Assembly: GCF_004010195.1 (NCBI RefSeq)
Contig: NC_057755.1
Span: 12,084,966 to 12,148,965 of the forward strand
Source: Chiloscyllium plagiosum
Taxonomy: Eukaryota
Direction: 5' to 3'
Length of the DNA: 64,000 bases
Position numbers and translations under genes: made by a program. Below, one piece after another: positions 1-11,890 of this stretch (the stretch's first letter is position 1; each line of letters begins with the position of its first letter). The notes beneath the pieces are model-generated. The model was not told where the DNA came from, did no database searches, and saw only the letters and a list, made by a program, of their open reading frames with translations.

Positions 1-363
1 TAGGAACCCTCCAACCACAAGGGATGAACTCAGATTTCTCCAGTTTCCTCATTTCCCCTCCCCCCACCTTGTCTCAGACCCAACCCTCAAACTCAGCACC
101 ATCTTCCTAACCTGCAATCTTCTTCCTTACCTCTCTGCCCCTACCCCCACTCCGGCCTATCATCCTCACCTTAACCTCCTTCCACCTATCGCATTTCCAA
201 CGCTCCTCCCCCAAGTCCCTCCTCCCTACCTTTTAACTTAGCCTGCTGGACACACTTTCCTCATTCCTGAAGGACCAGTTCCAATGGCCGAAATGTCGAT
301 TCTCCTGCTCCTTGGATGCTGCCTGATCTGTTGCGCTTTTCCAGCAACACATTTTCAGCTCTG
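1..363 (+). mobile_element. Penelope-like element family A, 3' end/pLTR fragment (runs off window start)
   Basis: C-rich 3' region ending ...tctcctgctccttggatgctgcctgatctgttgcgcttttccagcaacacattttcagctctg, the same terminus as copies at 11689, 17835, 29881 and 61565, the last of which adjoins Penelope RT coding sequence. Confidence 0.75.
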
Positions 364-558
364 TGGTCATTTAATTCATTTTTGCTGCAGTGAAAGACAA
401 AAAAAAGGTCCTAGATATTTTATCTCACAATTCTTTCTATGCAGGCTTATTTGAGCCATTGTCTATTTCAAAATGAGATTAATCATCATTAGTATAACTC
501 AACTGGTTAACTAGAACCTTCTAGTTTCAATCTTCATGCACCATAGGAACTGCTCCTA

Positions 559-1111
559 ACAGGTCGAGGCAGCGGGCCGTGGAAGGGGTCGTTTGGGCCG
601 ACTGCCTGCCCCTCTTCCGCGGTTACGTTAGGGCCCGGGTGTCCTTGAAGAAGGAGCACGCGGTGTCCACCAACACCCCAGAGTTGTTCAGGGAGAGGTG
701 GGCACCGCAGGGAGTGGAGTGCATCATTTCTCCCTCCAACTCTATTTTGATTTAGTCCCTACCCTCCCCTTCACTGTTTTGATCACACAGCACTGCCCTT
801 TGATGTGAAGGGCAGTGTTTGTCACTGGCCACCCGGGTGTTTTCCTATCTTCCTGGTGGTGGAAATTGAATAAAGATTCGTGCACTTTGTGTCTTTCACT
901 GTGTCTCACATCTGCACACACACCATAAGAAAAAAATTAAAAAATAAACAGGAGCCGATTCGTGCACTTTGTGTCTTTCACTTTGTCTCACACCTGCACA
1001 CACACACCATGGGTGCTGGGGAAAAAATTAGCACTACCGCACTTAGGTGGTAGTGTGGGGGTTAAATTTAAAAAAAGAAACTCTAGGGATTATTTCCCCC
1101 TCCAAAAAAAA
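559..1111 (+). mobile_element. 5'-truncated Tx1/L1-clade LINE 3' end with 16-bp TSD
   Basis: Encodes RSRQRAVEGVVWADCLPLFRGYVRARVSLKKEHAVSTNTPELFRERWAPQGVECIISPSNSILI*, resembling a Tx1-type ORF2 C-terminus; AATAAA at 869-874; A-rich tail; TSD ataggaactgctccta at 543-558 and 1112-1127. Confidence 0.85.
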
Positions 1112-1459
1112 ATAGGAACTGCTCCTATTGTGCAATTGGGTGTTACAATGACAAACAGCTGGTTCACTCTGATTGGATGCATTAATTTGGGCTAAAAAAC
1201 ACCCTTCTCCCATTCTGATCCTGTGATCAGGGTCTGGGTATGTGTATGTGCCTTTATCAACTCAGCTGTCAGGGAACAACATACCTATTTCAAAGCAACA
1301 TCTTATGAAGTCTTTCAACGGGAATGGGAACATACCTGCTTCACCCTACACACAATGAAAAGAAATGTCAGGACTGAAACTTCAGTGTGTCACAGCCAAT
1401 AACCCCTTCATAGAGAGTTAACCAGAATCATGACTCACTGTCATGTTATCAATATCGGT

Positions 1460-1940
1460 GGCTGATCTAGCATTTATAGCCCCTCCCTAGATGCTGTTGT
1501 GAAGATGGTATGAGCTGTCTTCTTGAATTGCTGCAAGCATTTGTTGTGGATAGACCCACAACGCCACTGGGAGGGGAGTTTTAGGATTTTGACCCAGTGA
1601 CAAGAAAAGAATGGTGACATATTTCCAAATCTGGGTGGCAAATGGCTTAGATGGGAACTTGCAGGTGGTGATGTTCCAATGTATCTGCTGCCCTTGTCCT
1701 TCTGGGTGATTAGAAAACTTCTGTTGAAGCAGCTTTGGTAAGTTAGTGCAGAGGATCTTGTATATGCTACATGCTGCTGCCATTTTGTGCCAGTAGCAGT
1801 GAAAGATGCTGGATGTGGTGCCAGTGAAGCGAGCTATTTTGATCTTGATGCTATTCCACATCTTGAGTATTGTTGGAGCTGCATCCATCCTGGCAAGTGG
1901 GGAATATTCCATTACACTCATGGCTTGTGCCATGCAGGTG
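1460..1940 (-). mobile_element. Decayed LINE 3' fragment, second CR1/L2-group family (family B)
   Basis: SVMEYSPLARMDAAPTILK motif; shared 3' sequence (ttcttgaa.tgctgc, ggattttgacccagtgaca) with copies at 42545, 45590 and 51130. Confidence 0.7.
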
Positions 1941-2859
1941 TTCAGAAACTGTGGAGTCAGGAGGAGAGGAGAGAAGAATGGAAAGGAGAGAAGTGAAGAG
2001 GTAAGGGGAATAGATGGGGGAAAGAGGGGAAAACAGAAGCGAAGGTGTAAATAGGATGTGGTTACCTGCTTTCAGTTATGCAGAAACTGAACCCAGCTTT
2101 TTTAATTGACAAAGTGAAACTCAAAAATGCAGTTATCTCAGTTTTGCAGAAAGCTGAAGGTAAATATTATGAGTTCTGGGCTTTGTAACCATGGAGACCA
2201 TGGAACTAAATGCAGACTTCAAATTTTGAACTTTTCTCCAAAATATTTGCTAATGTTCCATTCCCACAGTCACCTGAGAGCCAATCTTGATTAAGTGCAA
2301 ATTGTGGTGTGAAACTGGACTAGAAGGATGACTAAATTCCAAGTTTAATGCCTATTCAATCTGGATTTGTTGATCTCAATTGGACTCTGGGCCCTTGGTG
2401 TGGGAGAGAGAAACAGACTGGACTTCCTAGTCGTCATCAATAACTTATAATCCCAACCGAGCATTGATATTTACAACAGGAGATGTTTTCCTCCAGTAGG
2501 GAGTTAAATATTTTTTATTGATTATTCACAGGAAATGATCATTGATAGCTCATTTATTATCCATTCCCAATTATCATGGAGAAAGTGATAGTGAGTTTCC
2601 TTCTCAAACTGCTGCTATGTGTTGTAGGGAGACAGACAATGCTGTTAGAGAGGGAGTTCCAGGATTTTAACGCAATGACACTGAAATTGGGGGGGGTGAT
2701 GTGGCTTGGCTTTCACTTCAGACTGCCAAGTGGCCACCTTGTGAGAAAATGAGACCACAACAAACATTTGAGCAGTGCAAATGAATGACCGCTTATATGT
2801 GTAAGTTCCTTGTACATTGATGAAACAACCATGCCACCAAAAAGAATTCCTTTTTCTTT

Positions 2860-3025
2860 TGGTCTGGCAGTATCTGTGGAGAGAGAAAAAAAACATTTTG
2901 AATCTAAAATGACTCTTCTTCAGAATTGAAACATTGTTTCTCTCTCCACAGATACTCCCTGCCGAGTTGAGTTTCTCCAGCGCTTTTTGTTTTGATTTTC
3001 AGATTTCCATCATCTGCAGTTTCTT
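2860..3025. mobile_element. Short Penelope-derived/MER6-like fold-back element (third family)
   Basis: agtatctgtggagagagaaa pairs with tttctctctccacagatact; ends tttcagatttccatcatctgcag; related pieces at 7075-7112 and 7606-7692 are split by a CR1 insertion. Confidence 0.5.
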
Positions 3026-3049
3026 TATTCCCTTTTTCTTTGGTCTATC

Positions 3050-4440
3050 ACTACATCTAGGTGCAGCCCACAGACCTTGCCACTAGGGTGAAGGCAGCTT
3101 GCTGACTGGTATGCCTTTGGTGGGTATACTGTGCAGGCTCAGGGCCTGGAAGGCCCTGGGCTAGTGGAAGATCTCTGTACGGAGACATTCTCCTTGGCCT
3201 GAATTGCTGCAAGCGATGAGCTCACTGGCAGAGGAGACTGGACTCTCCTGGCTTTGCGGTGCCTGTCTGCCTCTTCTCTTCCTCCTCCTCCTCCTTCTCT
3301 GTGTGGGTACCTGCTAGCCTGACTCTATCTTCTTGAAAGTACAGGGAATCTGGAGTGAGATGCCAGCCTTGTCCTCATTTTGCTTTGCCATTAATGCCAC
3401 GTACCCATGTCAGTGACTCACTGTAGGGTTGAGCACGTTGCCACTCAGCATTCTTCTTGACTTGGGTCTCCAAAACAGCTGCTGCCCTCTCCATACTTGG
3501 AGCAAACTGTTCTATGCCAAAGCTACCACAATAGATAGAAAATGTACTTCTCCATCTTTTGCTCCTGTCCAGTGAGTGACTGCGTGATATCCCTGTCTCT
3601 TTCTGCAAAATAATTGTATCCCTTGTGGTTATGTAGAGACATGTCTCTTGCCTGGGACTGAGCAAGTGTCTGGTCTCCTGCGGATCTTTGCGTGATGTGG
3701 GGTGTTTCTACTTCCATTGGTTGTGGACATGCTTCAATGATGTGTTCACTGGATTGAGTCCCCAGGTCTACACTAGCTCAGTCATACAGAGGGTGACAGT
3801 TGTTAGTGACAGTCTCTGAGCTGCTGGAGACTGAAGGTGAACTCCTCACCCTCTTTGGTTTCATAGACTTCTTCTTCCTTAGAGGTGATGGTGCTGTTGC
3901 TATGGTGCCCTCTTCTGATCCGCTGTCTGTTGGCCACCATATCTGGGGTAGACAGAGATTTAGATGGTAATGCAGCATTAACTCTTCCGGGGAGTAATGT
4001 ATGAGAGTGGCTGCACCTCTGAAAAGAGCATTCCCACTGCCATTCTGGGCTTGATTCTCTCCTGCCAATCAGAGAATACCTGCCTGCAGGCTGTTGTTGC
4101 TCCTGGTTTTCAGTAGGTGAAGGGGTGCCTAGGTGGCTCTTAATATACTACCCAAACCTTCAATCAGGTCAGGTGTTGACAGGGGTGAGGAAGTCCACAT
4201 ATCAGCTGCATGTGATTTGCTGTTTGTCTCATGATAAAATCTATTTGCATACAAAGTGAACTGAATAGCAGTTGATCGTGCCAGAACACTCATCACGGAC
4301 CATGGTGGCAGTGATACTAACCAAGATGTCTGCTTTTCACTCCAAAATGACAAAATCCTAGCCACTGATTTTGCATCTGACCAAAATATGAGATTCTCAG
4401 CTATTCTTAGCTTCCTGGAACCTCCAAATAGTTGTGGAAA
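3050..4440 (-). mobile_element. Highly decayed element, possibly Harbinger-associated Myb/SANT ORF remnant
   Basis: Broken low-complexity Ser/Glu-rich frames; recalled resemblance to decayed shark Harbinger accessory ORFs only, no diagnostic motif. Confidence 0.25.
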
Positions 4441-5574
4441 TTCTGTCCTGAATTAATTTGGCTAGGCATCCCAATTAATGATGAACATTCGAGCTTTGTA
4501 AGCTCTTCTGATTAACATTGTACAATGCTGACTATACATAATATGCAGGATTCCAGTAACCTGCCTTTCTTTGTACTGAAACATAGCCATCATCTGTTCC
4601 TTAACTGGGTTCTTTGACCATGAAATTATATATTTAATGTCTTACTTTAACAATGGCCTGAAACTACTGATGCTCTTGCATCAGTGTCCAAATTGAAATT
4701 GATTTTATGTCCGTCTAGAACTTCTGCACTCTAACAGTTTCCATTGGTAATTTCTCCCAAAAATGTCATTTTCAATCTCTAGAATGTGAAAAGCTTTAAA
4801 AGGTTTCTCTTTTACTTTCTAAGCTGGGAGTTATTTGTAGTGCCTACAGAGTTACTGGCCTCTCTTGTTTTTACAGGAAATGACCTCTGGGATAATCTTC
4901 ACATCGATGCAGCCTTTGCCTGCCACAATGAGAACATAGTGGTGTGATGCCTTGTCACTCTTTACACTACCCCTTTCTGTTTTCAGCAGGGTTCCACTCC
5001 TATGCCCCACAAACTGTGCACAATCAGTCACTTGCCCCCACAAGGTTTCCCTGTCATCTGAATTAAATGCTTGATTTTAACATTCTAACTTGTGCTTCCT
5101 TGGATAAACATACCACCTGTGTTAAAGACAAATCCTCCCTCAACTGCAGAAAGCAAGATAATCATTCTAAGATTCCAGTGGAAGTGTGGACCTGAATTAA
5201 ATTGTCTTGCTGGGCACCATGTTCATATTCATAGTCTGTATCAGTTGTGTTATGATCTGAGACCAGATTTGTCAATTTTATGTTATGATCGCTGACAAGA
5301 GCACCAAATTATGTTGCAATCTGATTAGGGACAAATAACCTTTAATATTAAGGCTGACAAAAAGGGTCTTACCAAGAGAATAAAGTCACAGGGTTCAACG
5401 GTTTTGAACAACCAATAAGGTATAGCAGTAATGTAATTTAGAATACATGTATAACACCCAGAATTAACATGTGGTAAACATGGACATAGACTGTGATCAA
5501 ACACCTCACAGCGCACATCAAATAGCAAATGTGATCAAGGCAAACCTCTCAGATTTCTTAGTAACTGTCCCTAG

Positions 5575-6380
5575 ACATATAGAATCATACAGTATAGAAA
5601 AGGCTCTTTGGCCTATCAAGTCTGTACCATTAAAAACATAATACCACCAACAGTAGTCCCACTTTCCCACAATAGGCCCATAGCCTTGAATGTTATGACA
5701 CTTCAAATGCTCATCCAAGTACTTTTTAAAGGTTTTGAGTTTTCCTGCCTTAACTACCCTCCTAGGAAGTTCATTCCAGGCCTCACAAGCCACTGGGTGA
5801 AAAGGGTCTCCTCAAATCCCCTCTAAATCTCCTGCCTTTCACGTTAAAATTATATCCCTTTATTATTGATCCTTCAATTAACGGGGACAGCTGCTTTCTA
5901 TTCAATATGCCCACACTCCTCATAATCTTATACACGTCTAGCAGGTCCTTCCTCAACCTTTACTGCTCCAAAGAAAACAGCCCAAACTTATCCAGCCTCT
6001 CTTCACAGCTAAAATGTTCCATCCTAGGCAACATCCTGGTGAATCTCCTTTGCAGCAGCTGCAGTGCAATTCACTTCCTCCTATACTGTGGTGACTAGAA
6101 CTGCACACCGTACTCCAGCTGCAACATAACCAAGATTCTGCCCCCCAAAATCAGTCTGTTCCTCTAAGCTTTCGAGTGTCCTGCCATTCATTGAGTACTC
6201 CCTTGTCTTGTTCCTTCTTGCAAAGGGCATCACCTCACATTTATCAAGGTTAGGTTCCATCTGCCAATTGATCTGGCCATTTGACCAAACTTGTTTATAT
6301 CTTACTGCACTTAACACCTTCCTCCTCACTGTCAACCATCCATCAATTTTGTCATCAGCAAACTTACATATCATTTGATG
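5575..6380 (-). mobile_element. CR1/HER1 LINE 3' fragment
   Basis: ICKFADD, WQMEPNLDKCEVMPF, WNELPRRVVKAG..TFKKYLDEHL; short tandem tail near 5580. Confidence 0.85.
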
Positions 6381-6586
6381 ATAAGTCATCAAATCTCATT
6401 TTTAAAAATTACCTCATGTGATGTGTGCGTCACTGGCTGGCCAGCATTGATTGTCCACTCCCTAGCTGCCTTGATGAACTGCGGCAATTCATTTGCTGTA
6501 GGTAAATGGGGAGGAAAATCCATTATTTTGACCTAGTGGCACTGAAGGAATGACAATATACTTGTGAATGCGAGTGTTAGCAGGAT

Positions 6587-6905
6587 CGGGTGGCATGGTG
6601 GCTCAGTGGTTAGCATTGCAGCCTCACAGCACCAGGGACCCAGATTCAATTCGAGCCTCGGGCGACTGTCTTGTGAAGTTTGCATGTTCTCCCCGTGTCT
6701 GTGTGGGTTTCCTCCAAGTGCTCCAGTTTCCTCCCACAGTCCAAAGATGTGCAGGTTATGTGAATTGGCCATGCTAAATTGCCCGTAGTGTTAGGTGCAT
6801 TAGTCAGAGGGAAATGGGTCTGGGTGGGTTATTCTTCGGAGGGTCGGTGTGGACTTGCTGGGCCGAAGGGCCTGTTTCCACACTGTAGCAAATTCAATCT
6901 AATCA
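6587..6905 (+). mobile_element. HE1-type tRNA-derived SINE
   Basis: A box tggctcagtgg, B-box-like ttcaattc, V-domain-like core gtgggtttcctcc..gtgctcc.gtttcctcccacagtccaaagatgtgc, CR1-like tail gggccgaagggcctgtttcc. Confidence 0.9.
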
Positions 6906-7112
6906 ATGATCAAGAGATGTTTCATTGTGATTTGGGCAAACTGCATAAGAGACAAAGTTCATGTGGATAATAGTTAATCCACTTTGGAAACAAAAACAGA
7001 TAGGTGGATTATTATTTGAATTGTTTTAAATTTGGAAGGGAAGCAGTGCAATGAGAACTTGGTGTCCTTATACACTGAAAGAAATGTGGATGCTGGAAAT
7101 CAGAAACAGAAG

Positions 7113-7605
7113 AAAGGGTTCAGAAAAGATTGACAAAGATGTTGCCAGGGTTGGAGGATTTGAGCTATAGGGAGAGGCTGAACAGGCTGCAGCTGTTTTC
7201 CCTGGAGCATCAGAGGCTGAGATGTAACCTCATAGAGGTTTATAAAATTATGCGGGTCATAGATAGGGTAAGTAATCAAGGTATTTTCCCTGTGGTGGGG
7301 GAGTCCAGAACGAGGGCATAGGTTTAGGGTGAGAGGGGAAAGATAGAAATGAGACCTAAGGATAAACATTTTCATGCAGAGGGTGGGGCTTGTATGGAAT
7401 GAGCTGCCAGAGGAAGTAGTGGAGGCTGGTACAATTACAACATTTAAAAGACATCTGGATCGGTATATAAGTAGGAAGGGTTTGGAGGAATATGGGCCAA
7501 AGCTGGTAAATGGGACAAGATTAATTTAGGATATCTGGGCAGCATGGATGAAGCGGACCAAAGGGTCTATTTCTGTGCTCTACTTCTCGATGATTTTATG
7601 ACTCT
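7113..7605 (+). mobile_element. CR1/HER1 LINE 3' end
   Basis: TKMLPGLEDLSYRERLNRLQLFSLEHQRLRCNLIEVYKIM; tail tgattttatgactcta. Confidence 0.9.
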
Positions 7606-7699
7606 AAAAGCAGAAATTGTTGGAAAAACTGTGGCAGCATCTAAGGAGAGAAATCAGAGTTATCATTTTTGATCCACTCATCCTTCTTCAAGGCTGTAA

Positions 7700-8015
7700 T
7701 GTGGCATGGTGGCTCAGTAGTTAGCACTGCTGCCTCGAAACACCAGGGACTCCGGTTCAATTCACACCTTGGGCGACTGTGCAAGCTCCACACAGACATT
7801 CTCCCCATTTCTGCATGGGTTTCCTCCGGATGCTCTGGTTTCTTCCCCCAATCTAAAAAGATGTGCAGGTCAGGTGAATTGGCCATGCTAAATTGCCAAG
7901 TCAGGGGTAAATGTAGGGTAAGGGAATGTGTCTAGGTGGGTTACTCTTTGGAGGGTCGGTGTCGATCTGTTGGGCCGAAGGGATTGTTTTCATACTGTTA
8001 GGGAATCTAATCTAA
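7700..8015 (+). mobile_element. HE1-type SINE
   Basis: Same head, core and tail as 6587; aatctaatcta tail. Confidence 0.9.
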
Positions 8016-8600
8016 AGCCAGGAATTAAGTGGTCCTAATTCAACCGAAACTGGGTGTTGCTGAGCAGGAGCGACTTTATTGCACTGTTGATGGCATTTTA
8101 CATCACTATACTGATTATCAAGAGTAAACTGATTGGGTGATAATTCAAGTTGGTCAAGTTGGAATTATCCTGCTTTTTATGTACAGGAGAATCTTTCACG
8201 TTTTCAGGTAGATGCCTGTGTGGTAGCTGTACTGTAATAGCTTGACTAGGGGTGCGGCAAGTTATGAAGCATTAGTCTTCAGTACTATTGCTGGAATTTA
8301 ATGTCATCAAGTCATACAACACAGAAATAGGCCCTTTGGCACACCATGTCTATACTGTTAACAAACACCAAATTATACTAATCCCATTTACCTGCACTTG
8401 GTATATAGCCTACTATGCTCTAGCATCAGAAGTGTGCTTCAGATATTTCTTCAACGTTGTGAGCATAGTTATTTCCAACATGCTTCCAGGCTGTACATTC
8501 CGTGTTTCTACCGCCCTCTGGATGAAGCTTTATTTCTCAGTTCCCCTCTTATCACCGATTCCTCACCTTAAACTTATGCCGTCTTGGTCTTAAACATCTT
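8000..8600 (-). mobile_element. LINE family B fragment plus CR1 3' end fragment
   Basis: ggtagctgtactgtaatagcttgactagggg (family B RT region) followed by CR1 tail acagaaataggccctttggc. Confidence 0.6.
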
Positions 8601-8702
8601 GACTGAAATATACAGCTACAATGTCTTTCCCCTTTGTATCTACAGATGAGATATTTATTTAAGACCTCATCATTGCATATGTTGGAGCACAGTAAAGGTA
8701 AA

Positions 8703-8915
8703 CTTGTCAGAGTCCCAGAGGACTATACGACTGCTCTCACAATAAAGCGAGACAATGTGATGGTGCTTTAACCTGAGGGTCACAATGTCTCAGGTGGGGA
8801 TGAAGTTGAGAAGGAGAGCCCTTCATGGACCTCAGCCAGCATGGGAATTAAACCCATTGTGTTTGCATTGCTCTACATCACAAACCAGACCTCCAACTGA
8901 ACTAACTGACCCCCT
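8703..8915 (-). mobile_element. tRNA-derived SINE, distinct from HE1
   Basis: Minus-strand head ggggtcagttagttcagttgg (A box) ... gggtttaattccc (B box); second copy at 59270-59430. Confidence 0.6.
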
Positions 8916-9580
8916 GGAGCACAGTACACAGTCCTTCTGTCTGTAGAATGTTGTGTAAACAGTCCGTCTAACTGTAGGATACGGTGTAGCACAATATATG
9001 AGCCCTGTGACTGTACAATATGATGTAGCACAGTACACAATCCCAGTGACTGTACAAGATGGTGTAACTCAGTACACATTCCCTTCCACTATACAATATG
9101 ATACACATGGTCTATAAGTCTTCTAACTGTAGAAGATGGTGTAGCACAATACACAGTCCTGGGAACTGCAGGATAGCACAGTACACAAAGCCTGTAACTG
9201 TAGGATGTGGTGGAGCACAGTACAGAGTCATATAACTGCAAGACATAGTGTAGTCCCTGTAACTGTAGGATATGCTGTAGCATAGTACAAAGATTTTCCA
9301 TGTGTAGTATATGGTGCAGCACAGTATACAGTCCCATAGCTGTGGGCTACAGTGTATCACAGTATACAACCCATATAACTACAGAATATGATGTAGTACA
9401 GCACAAAGTCCCTGTAACTGTAGGATATAGTGTCACGCAACACATGGTCCCTATAACTGCTGGATATAGCATAGTTCAGCATACAATCTCTGTGACTGTA
9501 TGATATGGTGCAGGACAGTACACAATCCCTGTAACTGTAGGATACAGTATAGCACATTATGCTATCCTTCTAACTGAAGG
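8915..9580. repeat. Degenerate minisatellite, ~37-39 bp unit
   Basis: Repeated tagcacagtacacagtccctgtaactgtaggatatggtg-like units. Confidence 0.85.
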
Positions 9581-9676
9581 CAGGAATGTGAATTTCAGTT
9601 ATGATCTTCTTTAGTGGTGGAGCACGCTCAAGAGTCCAGATGGCTTAGACCTGCTCCCTGCTTGTATGTTCGTATG

Positions 9677-9726
9677 TATAACACAGTACACAGATCCTAA
9701 CTATAGGATCTGTGTACTGTGTTATA
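9677..9726. repeat. Perfect 23-bp inverted repeat with 4-nt loop
   Basis: tataacacagtacacagatccta-acta-taggatctgtgtactgtgttata. Confidence 0.95.
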
Positions 9727-10044
9727 GTTTAATGGTAGGCTATGATGTAGCATAGTACGTGGTCACTGTTTCTGTGGCATTTAGTGTAACATTGCAATTT
9801 CCAAACAATACTGCATGACTACACTTCCTTTCACTGTTACCCACATGACCATATTGAGTGATAGATATCATTTGTTCAATTTCCTGACTCAGATAAGAAT
9901 AGAAAGAACATTTAGCCACATCCTGATAAAGCCTATTAAGTCTGCAGTCTATTCTTAAATCAAGTATTTTATTTGACTCTTTTCCATGCTTTGCTGTCCC
10001 TTTCCCATTGTCCTTACCATATTGTTCAAATGCAGGTCCAGTGG

Positions 10045-10635
10045 CCTTCTTCCGGGTGCTCCGGTTTCCTCCCAGAATCCAAAGATGTGCAGGTTAGGCG
10101 AATTAGCCATGCTAAATTGCCCATAGTGTTCAGGGTTGTGTAGGTTAGCTGCACTAGTCAGGGGTAAATGTAGAGTAATAGAGTGGGAGATTAGGTCTGG
10201 TTGGGTTACTCATTGGAGAATCGGTGTGGACTTATTGGGCCAAATGGCCTGTTTCCACACTATGGGGATTCTATGATTCTATAATTCTACGAAATAGCAT
10301 TTACCTTGTTACACTTTCCCCAAAAATGTAGATATACAGCTCAGTGGTTAGCACTGCTGCTTCACATACCAGGGACATGGCTTCGATTCCACCCTGAGGA
10401 AACTATCTGTATGGAGTTTGCATGTTCTCTCTGTGTCTGTGTCTGTGTGGGTTTCCTCCACGTGTTTCAGTTTCCTCCCACAGTCCAAAGATATGCAGGT
10501 TAGGTGGATTTCCCATAGTGTCCAGGAATGTGTAGGTTAAATGCAAGGTTACAGTGTTAGGGTAGGGTGTTTGGAGGGTCAGTGTGAACTTGTTGAGCCA
10601 AATAGCCTGCTTCCATATTGTAGGGATTCTATAAT
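10045..10635 (+). mobile_element. Two HE1-type SINE copies (5'-truncated 10045-10290; 10337-10635)
   Basis: HE1 core and tails (attctatgattcta). Confidence 0.85.
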
Positions 10636-11688
10636 ATACAGCTCCCACAGCTATACTTGAACAGTTTGACTGCAAAAATAATTCATTCTGGAGCATAGGT
10701 TTTCAATACTAAATCCAGGGCAAATCGGGGTGAATCAAATTGACCGGAGACTGGAATCTGTGAAGGTGGGGAACTGCGATTGATCATCATATTGACATGA
10801 CTGGCTGATGATGGACTTCTTTTATTGTGTCACTTGTTGCCATGTTATGAGTTTAGATTCAAAGCAGATTGATCGTGGAGGAAACAATGTCAAGAACAGC
10901 TTTTTGGCCTGGACATGAAAGCAAATTTCCATTAATACTGAATGCTGCTGTATGTGATAATCGTAGATGAACAAAATTGATTCTTTATCTATATTAGGTG
11001 AGGACTAATCTTTTATCTTCAAGTGTTCATGTACTATCAAGAGTTTCTCTGTGGTTGAGTTTCTAACTCCACCCTCACTGTCCTATTTATACTCAATGAT
11101 ATGCAACCACCTGACATCATCACAAGAATGCTGAAGCCATTACACAACTGAACTTTGTCTTTTGCACTGAACCTCACTCTCTAGTGATTGTTCACTCATC
11201 CACCACTGGATGTGGCAGGACTGCAGACCTTAGATCTTATTCACCAGGTTAAGAATTCATTTTTAGCATGCCTGATGCTGTTCCTGGCACATTCTCCTGC
11301 ACTCTCCATTGAACCAGGGTTGATCCCCTGGCTTGATGGTAATGGTTGAGTGGGGGATATGTCGGGCCATGAGGTTGCAGATTTTGTTGGGGTATAGTTC
11401 TGCTACTGCTGATGTTCTGCAGCACTTCATGAATTCACAGTTTGAGTTGCTACATCTGTTTGAAATATAATCCAATTTTACAGTGAGGTTGCCAGAAAAG
11501 ACAATGGAGGATATCCAAAATGTGAAGATGAAGTTTTGATTCCACAAGCACTGAGTGATGTCACTCAGAATGATATTAGAATCATACAGCATAGAAACAG
11601 GCCCTTTAGCCCACCATGTCTATACCAACCAACAAACATCAAACGACACTAATCCCATTTACTTGCACTTGCTCCATGGCATACTATG

Positions 11689-11890
11689 GAGAAAGTGAGG
11701 ACTGCAGATGCTGAAGATCAGAGTCGAGAGTGTGGTGCTGGAAAAACACAGCCAGTCAGGCAGCATCCAAGGAGCAGGAGAATAGATGTTTTGGGATTCC
11801 TGATGAAGGGCTTATGCCTGAAACGTCAATTCTCCTGCTCCTCGGATGTTGCCTGATCTGCTGTGCTTTTCCAGCACCACACTCTCGACT
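11689..11890. mobile_element. Penelope family A fold-back mini-insertion with TSD
   Basis: Inverted arms gagtcgagagtgtggtgctggaaaa / ttttccagcaccacactctcgactc; TSD ctccatggcatac at 11672-11684 and 11889-11901. Confidence 0.85.
11795..11835 (+). ncRNA. Minimal hammerhead ribozyme core (Penelope family A)
   Basis: CTGATGA(A)-gggc-ttat-gcct-GAAAC-GTC: conserved boxes, stem II, palindromic ACGT stem III, GUC cleavage triplet. Confidence 0.6.

Noticed and set aside
6590..6665. tRNA-like A/B boxes here and at other SINE heads
   Set aside because: Continue directly into SINE bodies; no intact cloverleaf evident
8646..8697. Possible 52-nt plus-strand exon (MRYLFKTSSLHMLEHSK)
   Set aside because: Weak donor, no recognisable product or partner exon
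8915..9580. Regularly spaced ~37-39 bp repeats resembling a CRISPR array
   Set aside because: Head-to-tail degenerate units with no unique spacers or cas genes, in vertebrate DNA
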